Source of the DNA: an uncultured delta proteobacterium
GTDB lineage: Bacteria > Myxococcota > UBA727 > VGSZ01
Reading direction: 5' to 3'
Length of the DNA: 64,000 bases
Assembly: GCA_963775425.1 (NCBI GenBank)
Contig: CAVZJB010000003.1
Coordinates: 512,001-576,000 of the forward strand
Shown: piece by piece, positions 46,070-59,307 of the stretch
Numbering within the stretch: the first letter of the stretch is position 1
How the letters are laid out: every line of letters starts with the position of its first letter
The notes under the pieces: model-generated
Database searches by the model: none
Told to the model about the DNA's origin: nothing
What the model saw: the letters and a program-made list of their open reading frames with translations, nothing else
Position numbers and translations under genes: made by a program

Positions 46070-48013
46070 GCCCTCGGCGCGCTGCTCGCGTCCGCCACAA
46101 GCTTCGCGGCGCCCGGTCCGCTCGTGGGCGCCGCGCGCGTGATCGTCGCCGCCCCGTCGACGGCGAACGACGGGGCCCGGCGCCTGAGCGCCATCCTCGA
46201 CTACGTCGCGTCCGACTACGCGGGCGCCGTCGACGACGGGAAGATCAAGAGCGACGACGAGTACGCCGAGCAGGTCGGCTTCCTCGACGACGCCGCGCGC
46301 TTCGCCGCCGCGCTCCCGCCGGCGGCGTTCGACGCGAAGGCGGCGGTGGCGAAGCTCCAGGCCGAGGTGAAGGCGCTCGCGTCGCCGCAGACGGTGTCCG
46401 CCGACGCGCGCGCCGCGCGCCGCGCGGTGCTCGACGCCTACGGTGTGGTGCTCGCGCCGACGGCGCCGCTGTCTCTCGCCGAGGGAAAGAAGCTGTACGC
46501 GGCGCGCTGCGCCGTCTGCCACGGCGCAACCGGCGGCGGCGACGGCGTCGGGGGCGCGGCGCTCAAGCCTCCGCCGCGCAACTTCCGCGATCCCGCCGTG
46601 ATGCGCGAGCTCACGCCCGCGCGCGCCTTCAACGGCATCACCGACGGCGTCAGCGGCACCGCGATGCCGTCCTTCTCGATGCTCACGGCGCAAGAGCGCT
46701 GGGACCTCGCGTACACGATCTTCACCCTGCGTCACGATCGCGCCGAGGAAGAGACGGGCGCGAACATCGCCGCCACAGGGAAGGTGCCCCCGCTCACCGT
46801 CGCCGATCTCGCCGGCGCCAGCGACGGCGACCTCACCCGCGCGGCGTCGAACGCGTTTTCGCCCGACACCCCCAACCGCGCCGGCGCCGTCGTCGCCTGG
46901 TACCGCGGCGTGGCCGCCTTCCCGCACGGCGCGGTGACGCTCGACGTGGCCCGCGACGGGCTCGACCGGGCGCTCGCGGCGCTGCAGAGCGGCGACCGCG
47001 CCGAAGCGAAGAGCCGCGTGAGCGAGGCGTACCTCGCGGGCTTCGAGCCGCACGAGGCGCCGCTGCGCGCGGCGTCGCCGGAATTGGTCACGCGCGTCGA
47101 GGAGGCGTTCCTCGGGCTGCGCTCGCAGATCGACCGCGGCGCTTCGGCGTCCTCGCTCGAGGGAGAGATCCGCCGAACGCAGGCGCTCCTCGACGACGCC
47201 GAGGCGCGGCTCACCGGCGCGCGCGGTCCGCGCGTGGCGTTCGTCGGCTCCCTCCTCGTCGCGCTGCGCGAGGGGCTCGAGGCGGCGCTCTTGCTGCTGT
47301 TGTTGTTGAGCTACGCCGACCGCCGGGGGCAGGGGGCCAAGCGCTGGGTGCACCTCGGGTGGATCGCCGCGCTCGGCGCCGGCGTCGCCACGTGGCTCGC
47401 CTCGGGCGCGCTCATCGCGCTCGCGGGCGCGCGCCGCGAGCTCATCGAGGGCGTCGTCGGCCTGCTCGCGGCGTCGGTGCTGGTCACCGCGCACCACTGG
47501 ATTCGCTCGGCCACCGACGGGCGCAAGCGCGCGGCGGACATGAAGGCCACGCTCGCCTCCGGCGCGGGCCGCGCCTCCATGGCGCTGCTCGCGTTCGGCG
47601 TCGTCTACCGCGAGGCGTTCGAGGTGGTGTTGTTCCTCCAGGCCATCGCGCTCGACGGCGGCACCGGCAACGGCCCCGTGCTCGGCGGCTTCGCCGTCGG
47701 CCTCGCCGTGCTCGCCGTCGTCGTCACGGCGCTGTTGCGGCTCGGGCGCAAGGTGAAGACCGGCCCGCTGCTCACCGTGGTGGGCATCCTCTTGTCCGTC
47801 ATGGCCGTCGTCTTCCTCGGCAGCGGCCTGCGCGCGCTCCAGGAGGCGGGCATCGTGCCCATCCATCCGTTCAGCGGCCCGCGCCTCGACAGCCTCGGCA
47901 TCTACCCGACGCTCGAGACCGCCGGCGCCCAGCTCGTGCTCGGGCTCGGCCTGCTCGCGTCCGCCTTCTGGCCGCGCCTGGTGCGCAGGCTGCGGCCGTC
48001 GCCGGCCGTGTGA
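46055..48013 (+). CDS. Cytochrome c / FTR1 iron permease fusion (PbrT-like)
   Basis: LDYVASDY...EYAEQ, CAVCHG...GTAMP, REGLE and REAFE FTR1 motifs. Confidence 0.92.
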   Translation: MKVIFALGALLASATSFAAPGPLVGAARVIVAAPSTANDGARRLSAILDYVASDYAGAVDDGKIKSDDEYAEQVGFLDDAARFAAALPPAAFDAKAAVAKLQAEVKALASPQTVSADARAARRAVLDAYGVVLAPTAPLSLAEGKKLYAARCAVCHGATGGGDGVGGAALKPPPRNFRDPAVMRELTPARAFNGITDGVSGTAMPSFSMLTAQERWDLAYTIFTLRHDRAEEETGANIAATGKVPPLTVADLAGASDGDLTRAASNAFSPDTPNRAGAVVAWYRGVAAFPHGAVTLDVARDGLDRALAALQSGDRAEAKSRVSEAYLAGFEPHEAPLRAASPELVTRVEEAFLGLRSQIDRGASASSLEGEIRRTQALLDDAEARLTGARGPRVAFVGSLLVALREGLEAALLLLLLLSYADRRGQGAKRWVHLGWIAALGAGVATWLASGALIALAGARRELIEGVVGLLAASVLVTAHHWIRSATDGRKRAADMKATLASGAGRASMALLAFGVVYREAFEVVLFLQAIALDGGTGNGPVLGGFAVGLAVLAVVVTALLRLGRKVKTGPLLTVVGILLSVMAVVFLGSGLRALQEAGIVPIHPFSGPRLDSLGIYPTLETAGAQLVLGLGLLASAFWPRLVRRLRPSPAV

Positions 48014-48016
48014 GGG

Positions 48017-48409
48017 CTACAGGGCGGCGATCACGCGGCGGAGGCGTTGGTCGGCCTCGTCGGCCACGGGGGCGACGGCGGCGTTGTCGACGACGGTGAA
48101 CATCACCTTGGGGTCGGCGATGGAGACCAGCGCGCCGCCGGCGTCCTCCTGCACGACGACGTTGCACGGCAGCAGCAGCCCGATCTGCGCCTCGCCCTCG
48201 AGGGCGCGGTGGGCGAGCTTGGGGTTGCACGCGCCGAGGATGACGTAGGGGCGGAAGTCGACGTCGATCTTCTTTTTCAGCGTGTCTTTGACGTCGATGC
48301 GGGTGAGGACACCGAAGCCCTCGTCCTTCAACGCCGCCGTCACCCGCTCGACCGCGTCGTCGACGCTCGTGTTGTTCATCCGCTTCTCGAACCCGTACCG
48401 GATCGCCAT
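48017..48409 (-). CDS. DUF302 domain protein
   Basis: GFGVLTRID...YVILGACNPKLA...IGLLLPCNVVV. Confidence 0.9.
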   Translation of the reverse strand: MAIRYGFEKRMNNTSVDDAVERVTAALKDEGFGVLTRIDVKDTLKKKIDVDFRPYVILGACNPKLAHRALEGEAQIGLLLPCNVVVQEDAGGALVSIADPKVMFTVVDNAAVAPVADEADQRLRRVIAAL

Positions 48410-48419
48410 GTCGTGCCTC

Positions 48420-50795
<2,376 letters not shown>

Positions 50796-50907
50796 CGTCT
50801 CCTCCTGCGGCGGGCGGGGGACGCGTGGTCCGGCCCGCCGGCACGGGGAGGTGAGCAAGGCGCGTGCCCCGGCCGGCCCTCCGCGTGAGGGCGTAGAGTG
50901 CGCTCCC

Positions 50908-52026
50908 ATGCGCACTGCTCCCGCCGGCCGCGCCTTCGCCGCCGCCACCGTCGTCGTCGTCGCCGTCGTGCTCGGGGGCGTCGTCGTGCTCGGGGCCGTC
51001 GCGTGCACGCGGGCGCGCCCGGCGGCGCGCGTCGACGTCGCGCTCGCGGGGGAGACCATGGGCAGCACGTGGCACGTGAAGCTCGCGGTGCCCGCGGGCG
51101 CCGCCCGCCGCGCGCGCGCGATGAAGGCGCCCATCGACGCCGCCCTCGAGCGCATCAACGACGAGATGTCGACGTACCGCGGCAACAGCGAGATCTCGCG
51201 CTTCAACGCGTGGCCGTCGACGGCACCGTTTTCGGCGTCGCACGAGCTGGCCGTGGTGGTGAAGGCGGCGCTCGACGTGGGCGCGGCGACGGGCGGCGCC
51301 TACGACATCACCATCGATCCGCTCATCGACCTGTGGGGCTTCGACCGCGAGGGCAGGCGAACGAGCCCGCCCGCGCCCGCCGAGATCGCGGCGGCGAGGG
51401 AGCACACGGGCCTGTCGCGCGTGCGCGTCGACGGCGACGCGCTCGTGAAGGTGGACCCCGCCGTGCGCATCAACCTCGGCGGCATCGCCGCCGGCTACGC
51501 CGTCGACGTCGTCAGCGGCCTCCTCGACGACGCCGGCTTCCGCGATCACATGGTGGAGATCACCGGCGAGCTGTGCGCGCACGGGACGAACGCCGCGGGG
51601 CGGCCGTGGCGCATCGGCGTGAAGACGCCGGACATCGGGTCCCCCGGGACGCTCGGCGAGATCCCCGTCGTCGATCGCGCGCTCGCCACCAGCGGCAGCT
51701 ACCACAACTTCTTCGTCTCGGACGGCAAGCGCTACAGCCACATCCTCGATCCGGTCACCGGCGCCCCCGTCGACAGCGACCTCGTCAGCGTCACCGTCCT
51801 CGCCGGCGACGCCCTCACCGCCGACGGCTACGACACGCCGTTCCTCATCGTCGGCGAGGCCCGCGCACGACAGATCATGAAGCGCGTGGGCGGCATGGAG
51901 GCGCTGTTCGTCTACGACGCGGCGGCCGGCCGACGCGTGAGCGCCACGGCCGGCTTCCCCGCTTTCGCGCGCCCGGGCCAGCCGGGCAGAAGCGTGCTGA
52001 GGGCGAGCGCGAGCAGCGCCAGGTAG
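50908..52026 (+). CDS. apbE: FAD:protein FMN transferase
   Basis: ETMGS, MSTYR..SEISRFN, GAYDIT, NLGGIA, ATSGSY, YSHILDP. Confidence 0.9.
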   Translation: MRTAPAGRAFAAATVVVVAVVLGGVVVLGAVACTRARPAARVDVALAGETMGSTWHVKLAVPAGAARRARAMKAPIDAALERINDEMSTYRGNSEISRFNAWPSTAPFSASHELAVVVKAALDVGAATGGAYDITIDPLIDLWGFDREGRRTSPPAPAEIAAAREHTGLSRVRVDGDALVKVDPAVRINLGGIAAGYAVDVVSGLLDDAGFRDHMVEITGELCAHGTNAAGRPWRIGVKTPDIGSPGTLGEIPVVDRALATSGSYHNFFVSDGKRYSHILDPVTGAPVDSDLVSVTVLAGDALTADGYDTPFLIVGEARARQIMKRVGGMEALFVYDAAAGRRVSATAGFPAFARPGQPGRSVLRASASSAR

Positions 52027-53477
52027 AACGTCAGGCGGTAGGCGTGCTCGAAGCCCTCGAGGTACGCCCGGCAGGCGGCGTCGATCGTGGCCGGCGACGG
52101 CGACGACGACGAGGGCGACGACGGGGGCCGGGTGCAGAGCGCGTAGCGCGCGGTGTCCCGCGGCGCGTGCGCCTGCTCTTCCTGCATGTGCCGCGCGAGC
52201 TCCTGCGAGGCGGGGCTCGCGGCGCTCACGAGGATGGTGGCGAGCACGGCGACGCCGACGGATTGCACGAGGCGCCGCGTGGCGTTCACGAGAGACGAGC
52301 CGCGCGGGAGCTTGTCGCGCGCGACGGAGCCGAGGGCGGCGGTGATGGTCGACTGGAGGGTGGCGCCGAGCGCGAAGCCGCGCAGCACGAGGAGGAATTC
52401 GAGCCACGCCGTCGACGTCGTCGCGTCGAGCTTGGAGAGCTGCCACGTGTTGAGCGAGAGGACGGCGAAGCCGGCGAGGGCGAGCGGGCGCGGGCCGAGC
52501 CTGTCGTAGACGCGGCCGGCGAGCGGCGTGGTGACGCCGGCGGTGAGCGCCATGGGCAGGAGCATCAGCCCCGTGCGCAGCGCGGTGTCGCCGCGGAGCA
52601 TCTGCAGATAGAGCGGCAGCAGGAACTCCGCGCCGAACAGCGCGACGACGGCGACGTAGCCGACGCAGGACGCCACCGCGAACGTCCGCTGCCGGTAGAG
52701 GCGCAGGTCGAGGAGCGGCGCCGCGGCGTGGAAGAGCTCGACGAGGGCGAACGCCGCGAGCGACACGCCGCCGACGGCGAACGACGCGATGACGACGGGC
52801 GAGGACCAGCCGTCGACGCCGGTGCTCGCGGCGCCGTAGAGGACGCCGCCGAAGCCGGCGACGGCGGTGACGACGCCGAGCGGGTCGAGGCGCAGCGCCC
52901 GGCGGGGCTCGCCTTCGTCGTGGATCCACAGCCACGCGAGCGCGACGCCCGCGACGCCCACGGGGACGTTGATGAAGAAGATGAGGCGCCACACGTCGAG
53001 GGTGACGAGGAGCCCGCCGAGGAGCGGCCCGGCGGCGGGCGCGACGAGCAGGACGATGCCGTAGGTGCCGAAGGCGCGGCCCTGGCGCTCCTTCGGGAAG
53101 GAGCGAAAGAGCATGGCCGCCGCCAGCGACTGCGCGAGCCCGCCGCCGCAGCCCTGGAGCGCGCGCGCGGCGACGAGGAGCCACAAAGACGGCGCGAAGC
53201 CCGCGCACACGGAGCCGGCGACGAAGACGCCGAGGCCGGCGACGTAGACGCGCTTGAGCCCGAAGCGCTCGCCCAGGAAGCCCGACACCGGCATGGCGAT
53301 GCCGAGGGCGAGCACGTAGATGCTGATGACCCATTGCGCCTCACCGAGGTCCGCCCCCAGCTCGCCGCGGATGGTGGGGAACGCCACGTTCACCACCGTT
53401 GTGTCGAGGATGATCATGAAGGTCCCGAACACGAGCGCGAGCATCAGCCTGGTCTGGGCGCTCCACGAGAGCCTCAT
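51912..53477 (-). CDS. DHA2 (EmrB/QacA) MFS efflux permease
   Basis: ILDTTVVNVAFP, WVISIY, ARALQG, WRLIFFINVPVG. Confidence 0.92.
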   Translation of the reverse strand: MRLSWSAQTRLMLALVFGTFMIILDTTVVNVAFPTIRGELGADLGEAQWVISIYVLALGIAMPVSGFLGERFGLKRVYVAGLGVFVAGSVCAGFAPSLWLLVAARALQGCGGGLAQSLAAAMLFRSFPKERQGRAFGTYGIVLLVAPAAGPLLGGLLVTLDVWRLIFFINVPVGVAGVALAWLWIHDEGEPRRALRLDPLGVVTAVAGFGGVLYGAASTGVDGWSSPVVIASFAVGGVSLAAFALVELFHAAAPLLDLRLYRQRTFAVASCVGYVAVVALFGAEFLLPLYLQMLRGDTALRTGLMLLPMALTAGVTTPLAGRVYDRLGPRPLALAGFAVLSLNTWQLSKLDATTSTAWLEFLLVLRGFALGATLQSTITAALGSVARDKLPRGSSLVNATRRLVQSVGVAVLATILVSAASPASQELARHMQEEQAHAPRDTARYALCTRPPSSPSSSSPSPATIDAACRAYLEGFEHAYRLTFYLALLALALSTLLPGWPGRAKAGKPAVALTRRPAAAS

Positions 53478-53580
53478 GCCTCGACGTAGGCGCCCGTGCG
53501 GCTCGACGCAGATCCGCGCGCCCCGTCGGGGACGCCCCGCGGCGGTTGAAAGGCGGGAGCACGGTGACTAAGCCCGGCCC

Positions 53581-54159
53581 ATGCGCGCGCTCACCCTCTT
53601 CGCCCTCGTCGCCTCCGCAGCGCCCGCCCTCGCCGGCGCCCCACCTGCCACGACCCCACCCGCGAAGACAGCGCCCGCAAAGACAGCGCCCGCGACGAGA
53701 GCGCCCGCGACGCGCGCGCCTGCGACGACCCCGCCCACGACCTCGCCGCCCGCGGGGAGCAAACGCGGCATCGCCGTCGTCGACGCCTGGGCCCGCGCCA
53801 CGCCCCCGGGCGCGAAGGTCGCCGCCGGCTACTTCACCGTCGAAAACGCCGGCGCCGCGTCGGATCGGCTCGTGTCCGCCTCGTCCCCCGCGGGCGAGGT
53901 GGCGCTGCACAAGATGTCGATGCAGGGCGGGGTGATGCGCATGGAGCCGGTCGCCGGCGGCATCGTCGTCCCGCCGGGCGGCAGCGTGACCCTCGCCCCC
54001 GGGGGCACCCACGCGATGTTCACCGGCATCAAGGCGCCGTTCACCGAGCACGCGCGCGTCCCGCTCACGCTCCACTTCGAAAAGGCGGGCGACGTCGACG
54101 TCGTCCTCGACGTGCTCTCCATCGGCGCCAAGGGCCCCGCGAAGGGAGGCGCGCGATGA
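53581..54159 (+). CDS. Copper chaperone PCu(A)C
   Basis: DAWARAT, LHKM...MRM, LAPGGTHAM. Confidence 0.9.
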   Translation: MRALTLFALVASAAPALAGAPPATTPPAKTAPAKTAPATRAPATRAPATTPPTTSPPAGSKRGIAVVDAWARATPPGAKVAAGYFTVENAGAASDRLVSASSPAGEVALHKMSMQGGVMRMEPVAGGIVVPPGGSVTLAPGGTHAMFTGIKAPFTEHARVPLTLHFEKAGDVDVVLDVLSIGAKGPAKGGAR

Positions 54160-54908
54160 ACGGACGCGCCCTCCTCACCGCCAGCCTCACGGTGCTCGCC
54201 GTCGCCGCCGGCATCGTCGTCTTCCTCCGCAGCTCGCCCAGCGGCACGGGCGGGACCGGCGGCGCCACCGGCGCGGCCGGCGTCAGCGGCGTCAGCGGCG
54301 TCAGCGGCGGCGTCAGCGGCACCGCCGGGACCGCCGGCGTCGCGGGCGTCGCGGGGGTCGCCGGCGTGAGCGGCGCCGCCACCCCGGGCGCGCCGAAGGG
54401 GGCGGCCATCATCCGCGAGGGCGAGCTCGGCGGGCCCTTCACGCTCACCAACGCCAAGACCGGGGCGCCCTTCACCGACAAGGACCTTGTGGGCGAGCCG
54501 TCGCTCCTGTTCTTCGGCTACACGTCGTGCCCCGACGTCTGCCCCACCGCCCTCGTCGCCGCCGGCCGCTGGCTGAAGGCCCTCGGCAAGGACGGCGACA
54601 AGCTGCGCTTCATCTTCGTGAGCGTGGACCCCGAGCGCGACACAAAGGCGCGGCTGGCGCAGTACCTCGGGGCGTTCAATCCGCGCATCCAGGGCCTCAC
54701 GGGCACGCCTGCGCAGGTCGACAAGATCATCGCCGACTACAAGATCGTGGCGAAGAGGGTGCCGCAGGCGAACGGCGAGTACGCCGTCGAGCACACCGCC
54801 CTGGTCCACCTCATCGACGGCCACGGGCGCTTCGTCGGCACCGTCGACTTCGAGGACGAGGACGCCGCCGTCGTCGCAAAGCTGCGAGGCCTTCTGGCCA
54901 CGAGCTGA
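54156..54908 (+). CDS. SCO1/SenC family protein
   Basis: FGYTSCPDVCP, SVDPERD, VEHTA; long Gly/Ala/Val/Ser linker. Confidence 0.92.
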   Translation: MNGRALLTASLTVLAVAAGIVVFLRSSPSGTGGTGGATGAAGVSGVSGVSGGVSGTAGTAGVAGVAGVAGVSGAATPGAPKGAAIIREGELGGPFTLTNAKTGAPFTDKDLVGEPSLLFFGYTSCPDVCPTALVAAGRWLKALGKDGDKLRFIFVSVDPERDTKARLAQYLGAFNPRIQGLTGTPAQVDKIIADYKIVAKRVPQANGEYAVEHTALVHLIDGHGRFVGTVDFEDEDAAVVAKLRGLLATS

Positions 54909-54929
54909 CGTCGGGGGTATGACGCCGTC

Positions 54930-57188
54930 ATGCCCATCGATGTCATCCTCCCCGACGGAAACAAGAAGTCGCTGGCCGACGGTTCGAACGCCATGGACCT
55001 CGCCACGGCCATCAGCCCGGGCCTCGCCAAGGCCGTCGTGGTCGCGCGCGTCGACGGCGTCGTCCAGGATCTGCGCATCCCGCTGAAGGACGGACAGAAG
55101 GTCCAGCTCCTGAAGGCCGACACGCCCGAGGGCCTCGACACCCTGCGGCACTCCGCCGAGCACGTGATGGCCACCGCGGTGTGCCGCCTGTTCCCCAAGG
55201 CCAAGGTCACCATGGGGCCGCACGCGCACGCGGACGAGTTCTACTACGACTTCGACGTCGACAAGCCCTTCACGCCCGAGGACATCGCGGCCATCGAAGC
55301 CGAGATGCAGAAGATCATCGCCGCCGGCACCGAGTTCACCATGCAGGTGGTGTCCAAGGACGAGGCGTTCTCCATCTTCGACAAGGCGGGGCAGAACAAC
55401 GAGTACAAGCGCGAGATCCTCGGCTGGATCCCCGACGGCGAGCGCATCACGCTCTACTCCGACGCCGGCTTCGTCGACCTCTGCCGCGGGCCGCACCTGC
55501 CGCACGCCGGCTTCATCAAGGGCGTGAAGCTGACGACGCTGTCGTCGGCGTACTGGCGCGCCAACGCCGCCAACAAGTCGCTGCAGCGCGTGGGCGGCAT
55601 CGCGTTCCCCAAGAAGGACGACCTCGAGCGCTACCTGAAGAACCTCGAGGAGGCCAAGAAGCGCGACCACCGCCGGCTCGGCAAGGAGCTCGACCTCTTC
55701 ATCGTCTCCGAGCGCGGTGACGACCACAACTACGCCGAGGCCGACCCCGTCGAGGTCTACCTCGGCATCGCCGCCGCGCCGGGCACCGACACCAAGCTCG
55801 CCGACTTCGCCATGGACGTCGTGAGCCGCACCCTCGGCCCCGACCGCGCCATCCGCAAGACCATGGAGTTCTCGCCGGCGCCCGAGCCGGGCAAGGCCCA
55901 CGTCGACGCACGCATCCGCGGCCGCGTCACGCCGGCGCAGCGCGAGGCCATCACCGCGGTGCGCGTCGCGGAGAGCCCCGTCTCGCATACGCACGTCACG
56001 TCGGACATCACCTTCGAGCCCAACTTCAGCGAGGAGGTGGGGCCGGGCCTCGTCCTGTGGCTGCCCAAGGGCGGCAAGCTGCGCACCATCATCGAAGAGC
56101 AGTGGCGCAAGATGCACTTCGCCGGCGGCTACGACATCGTCTACTCGCCGCACATCGCCAAGACCGACCTGTGGAAGGTCTCGGGGCACTGGGGCTTCTA
56201 CCGGGAGTCGATGTTCTCGCCCATGTCCGTCGACGGGCACGACTACGTCTGCAAGCCGATGAACTGTCCGTTCCACATCATGATGGTGAAGTCGCGGGCG
56301 CGCTCCTACCGCGAATTCCCGCTGCGCTACGCCGAGCTCGGCACCGTGTACCGCTACGAGATGCCGGGCGTGCTGCACGGCCTCATGCGCGTGCGCGGCT
56401 TCACGCAGGACGACGCGCACCTCTTTTGCCGCTGGGATCAGGTCGACGCCGAGATCGATCGCGTCATCGGCTTCATCCTCAACGTGCTGCGTACGTTCGG
56501 CTTCAGCGACTTCGAGGTGAACCTGTCCACCCGCCCCGAGAAGTTCGTGGGCAAGGTGGAGGACTGGGATCGCGCGGAGAAGTCGCTCGAGGCGGCCATC
56601 AAGCGCCACGGGCTGCCCTTCCAGGTGGACGAGGGCGGCGGCGCCTTCTACGGCCCCAAGATCGACGTGAAGCTCACGGACTGCCTCGACCGCAAGTGGC
56701 AGTGCAGCACGCTCCAGCTCGACTTCAACAACCCCGAGCGCTTCGAGCTCGAGTTCGTGAACGCCAAGGGAGAAAAGGAGCAGCCGGTGATGTTGCACCG
56801 CGCGCTGCTCGGCTCCGTCGAGCGCTTCATCGGCATCCTCGTCGAGCACTACGCGGGGGCGTTCCCCGCGTGGCTCGCGCCCGAGCAGGTGCGCGTGCTG
56901 ACCGTGAGCGACAAGCACAACGACCACGCCCACAAGGTGGTGGACGCGCTGTCCGCCGCCGGGGTGCGGGTGACGTTCGGGGAGTCGAGCGAGAAGGTCG
57001 GCGCCAAGGTGCGAGACGCGCTGTGGGTCGAGAAGCTCCCCGCCGTGGTGGTCGTCGGAGACAAGGACGTCGAGGCCGGCGGCGGCACCTTGACGTTCCG
57101 CGAGACCCCCAAGGAGCAGAAGGCCATGTCCATCGACGCCCTGGTGAGCACGCTGACGGCGCACTGCGCCGTCCCCGAGGTGCGCTAA
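54930..57188 (+). CDS. thrS: Threonyl-tRNA synthetase with internal insertion
   Basis: TGS domain, LRHSAEH, DLCRGPH, KRDHRRLG, KPMNCP, RVRGFTQDDAH, AFYGPK, HRALLGS. Confidence 0.97.
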   Translation: MPIDVILPDGNKKSLADGSNAMDLATAISPGLAKAVVVARVDGVVQDLRIPLKDGQKVQLLKADTPEGLDTLRHSAEHVMATAVCRLFPKAKVTMGPHAHADEFYYDFDVDKPFTPEDIAAIEAEMQKIIAAGTEFTMQVVSKDEAFSIFDKAGQNNEYKREILGWIPDGERITLYSDAGFVDLCRGPHLPHAGFIKGVKLTTLSSAYWRANAANKSLQRVGGIAFPKKDDLERYLKNLEEAKKRDHRRLGKELDLFIVSERGDDHNYAEADPVEVYLGIAAAPGTDTKLADFAMDVVSRTLGPDRAIRKTMEFSPAPEPGKAHVDARIRGRVTPAQREAITAVRVAESPVSHTHVTSDITFEPNFSEEVGPGLVLWLPKGGKLRTIIEEQWRKMHFAGGYDIVYSPHIAKTDLWKVSGHWGFYRESMFSPMSVDGHDYVCKPMNCPFHIMMVKSRARSYREFPLRYAELGTVYRYEMPGVLHGLMRVRGFTQDDAHLFCRWDQVDAEIDRVIGFILNVLRTFGFSDFEVNLSTRPEKFVGKVEDWDRAEKSLEAAIKRHGLPFQVDEGGGAFYGPKIDVKLTDCLDRKWQCSTLQLDFNNPERFELEFVNAKGEKEQPVMLHRALLGSVERFIGILVEHYAGAFPAWLAPEQVRVLTVSDKHNDHAHKVVDALSAAGVRVTFGESSEKVGAKVRDALWVEKLPAVVVVGDKDVEAGGGTLTFRETPKEQKAMSIDALVSTLTAHCAVPEVR

Positions 57189-57302
57189 GCGCGCGGCTTG
57201 GTCTCGTCATCGTCTCGTCGTCGTGGAGGTGGGGCTGTCCCCCCCAGCGCGGGCACGGATCCCCGGCTACAAAGAAGGGATCTCGAGGTCTAGCTTGAGG
57301 AC

Positions 57303-57926
57303 ATGATGCGCCTCACACCACTCCTCCTCGTTGCCGTTGCGTTCGGGTCCACACCTGTGCTCGCCGGGCCGGAGCTGACCCGCGCGTACATCCTCTCGAT
57401 CGTCAAGGACAACAAGCCCGACATCGAAGCCTGCGGCCGCTCGCTGCACGACGAGGTGGTGAAGACCCACTTCGTCATCGACACCCAGGGCAGCGTCGAG
57501 CACGTGAAGGTCGCCGGCAAGCATCGCCGGGACGCCGTCGGCACCTGCCTGCGCCGCCAGCTCAGCGCGATGCGCTTCGGTCCTTCGCTGACGGCCACGC
57601 CCGTGACCTTCCCGTTCCGCCTCGGCGACAAGAAGGCGCGCCAGGCCGAGCGCCTCCTGCGCAGCGAGAAGGGCGGCAAGCGCCTCGACGCAAACGAGGT
57701 GCACGACCTCTTGAAGCTCCTGCAGACCAACATGAGCTCGTGCGGCAGCGGCACCGTCGACACCCACTTCGACATCCTGCCGAGCGGCCTCGTGCGCAAC
57801 ATCGAGATGAGCGGCGACCACGCCGACGACAAGGTCGGAAAGTGCGTCCGCACCAAGCTCGTCCGCGCCCGCTTCCCCCACGCCAAGGCCGCCACGCCCG
57901 TCACGCACGCGTTCCAGCTCGACTGA
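57303..57926 (+). CDS. Secreted protein with tandem AgmX/PglI C-terminal (TonB-C-like) domains
   Basis: Signal peptide; two repeats of C..G...F.I...G.V...VG.C...F. Confidence 0.65.
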   Translation: MMRLTPLLLVAVAFGSTPVLAGPELTRAYILSIVKDNKPDIEACGRSLHDEVVKTHFVIDTQGSVEHVKVAGKHRRDAVGTCLRRQLSAMRFGPSLTATPVTFPFRLGDKKARQAERLLRSEKGGKRLDANEVHDLLKLLQTNMSSCGSGTVDTHFDILPSGLVRNIEMSGDHADDKVGKCVRTKLVRARFPHAKAATPVTHAFQLD

Positions 57927-57953
57927 CGTGGCCGAAGCGCGCAGCATCGAGGC

Positions 57954-58367
57954 ATGCGGCTCGTCTGCATGGCCGACACGCACATGTTCCACGGGGATTG
58001 GAGCGCCGTCCCCGCCGGCGACGTCCTCGTCCACGCCGGCGACATGACCCGCGGCGGGACGCGGGAGGAGCTCGTCTGTGTGCGGGACTTCCTCGCGGCC
58101 CTGCCGCACCCGCACAAGGTCCTCGTCACGCACGGGCCGCCCCACGGGATCCTCGACGACGCCGGCGGTTATCGCGGGACCGGCGGTTCGAGCCCCGCCG
58201 GCTGCGAGGCGCTGCGCGATCGCGTCCGCGAGCTCCGGCCGCGGCTGCACGTCTTCGGACACATCCACACGAACCAGGGCGTCGTCGACGACGACGGCGT
58301 CCGCTATGTCAACTGTACGACCGACGAGTGCGAGCGGGCGCCGCTCGTCGTGGACCTCCCGGGGTGA
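57954..58367 (+). pseudogene. Metallophosphoesterase with in-frame internal deletion (GNH motif missing)
   Basis: ADTH, HAGD, THGPP and FGHIH are present, but LPHPHKVLV runs straight into THGPP without GNHD. Confidence 0.6.
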
Positions 58368-58488
58368 CGGCGGGGCCCGCACGACGGGAGCGCCTCGCGC
58401 GGCTGTTCGTGAGCAACGGCCAACAAAGACAGTTCCCCGTTGCGTCCGCGGGGTAACGTTGGCATCTCGTCCGCAATTGGAGGATCCC

Positions 58489-59307
<819 letters not shown>

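Noticed and set aside
46640-46830. DGVSGTA and DLAGAS in the FTR1 fusion as ApbE flavinylation sites
   Set aside because: Neither fits DxxSGA[TS]; the first is the normal loop before the cytochrome c axial Met.
55701-56027. Intein in thrS
   Set aside because: No Cys/Ser-start block A, no TxxH block B, and no His-Asn followed by Cys/Ser/Thr.
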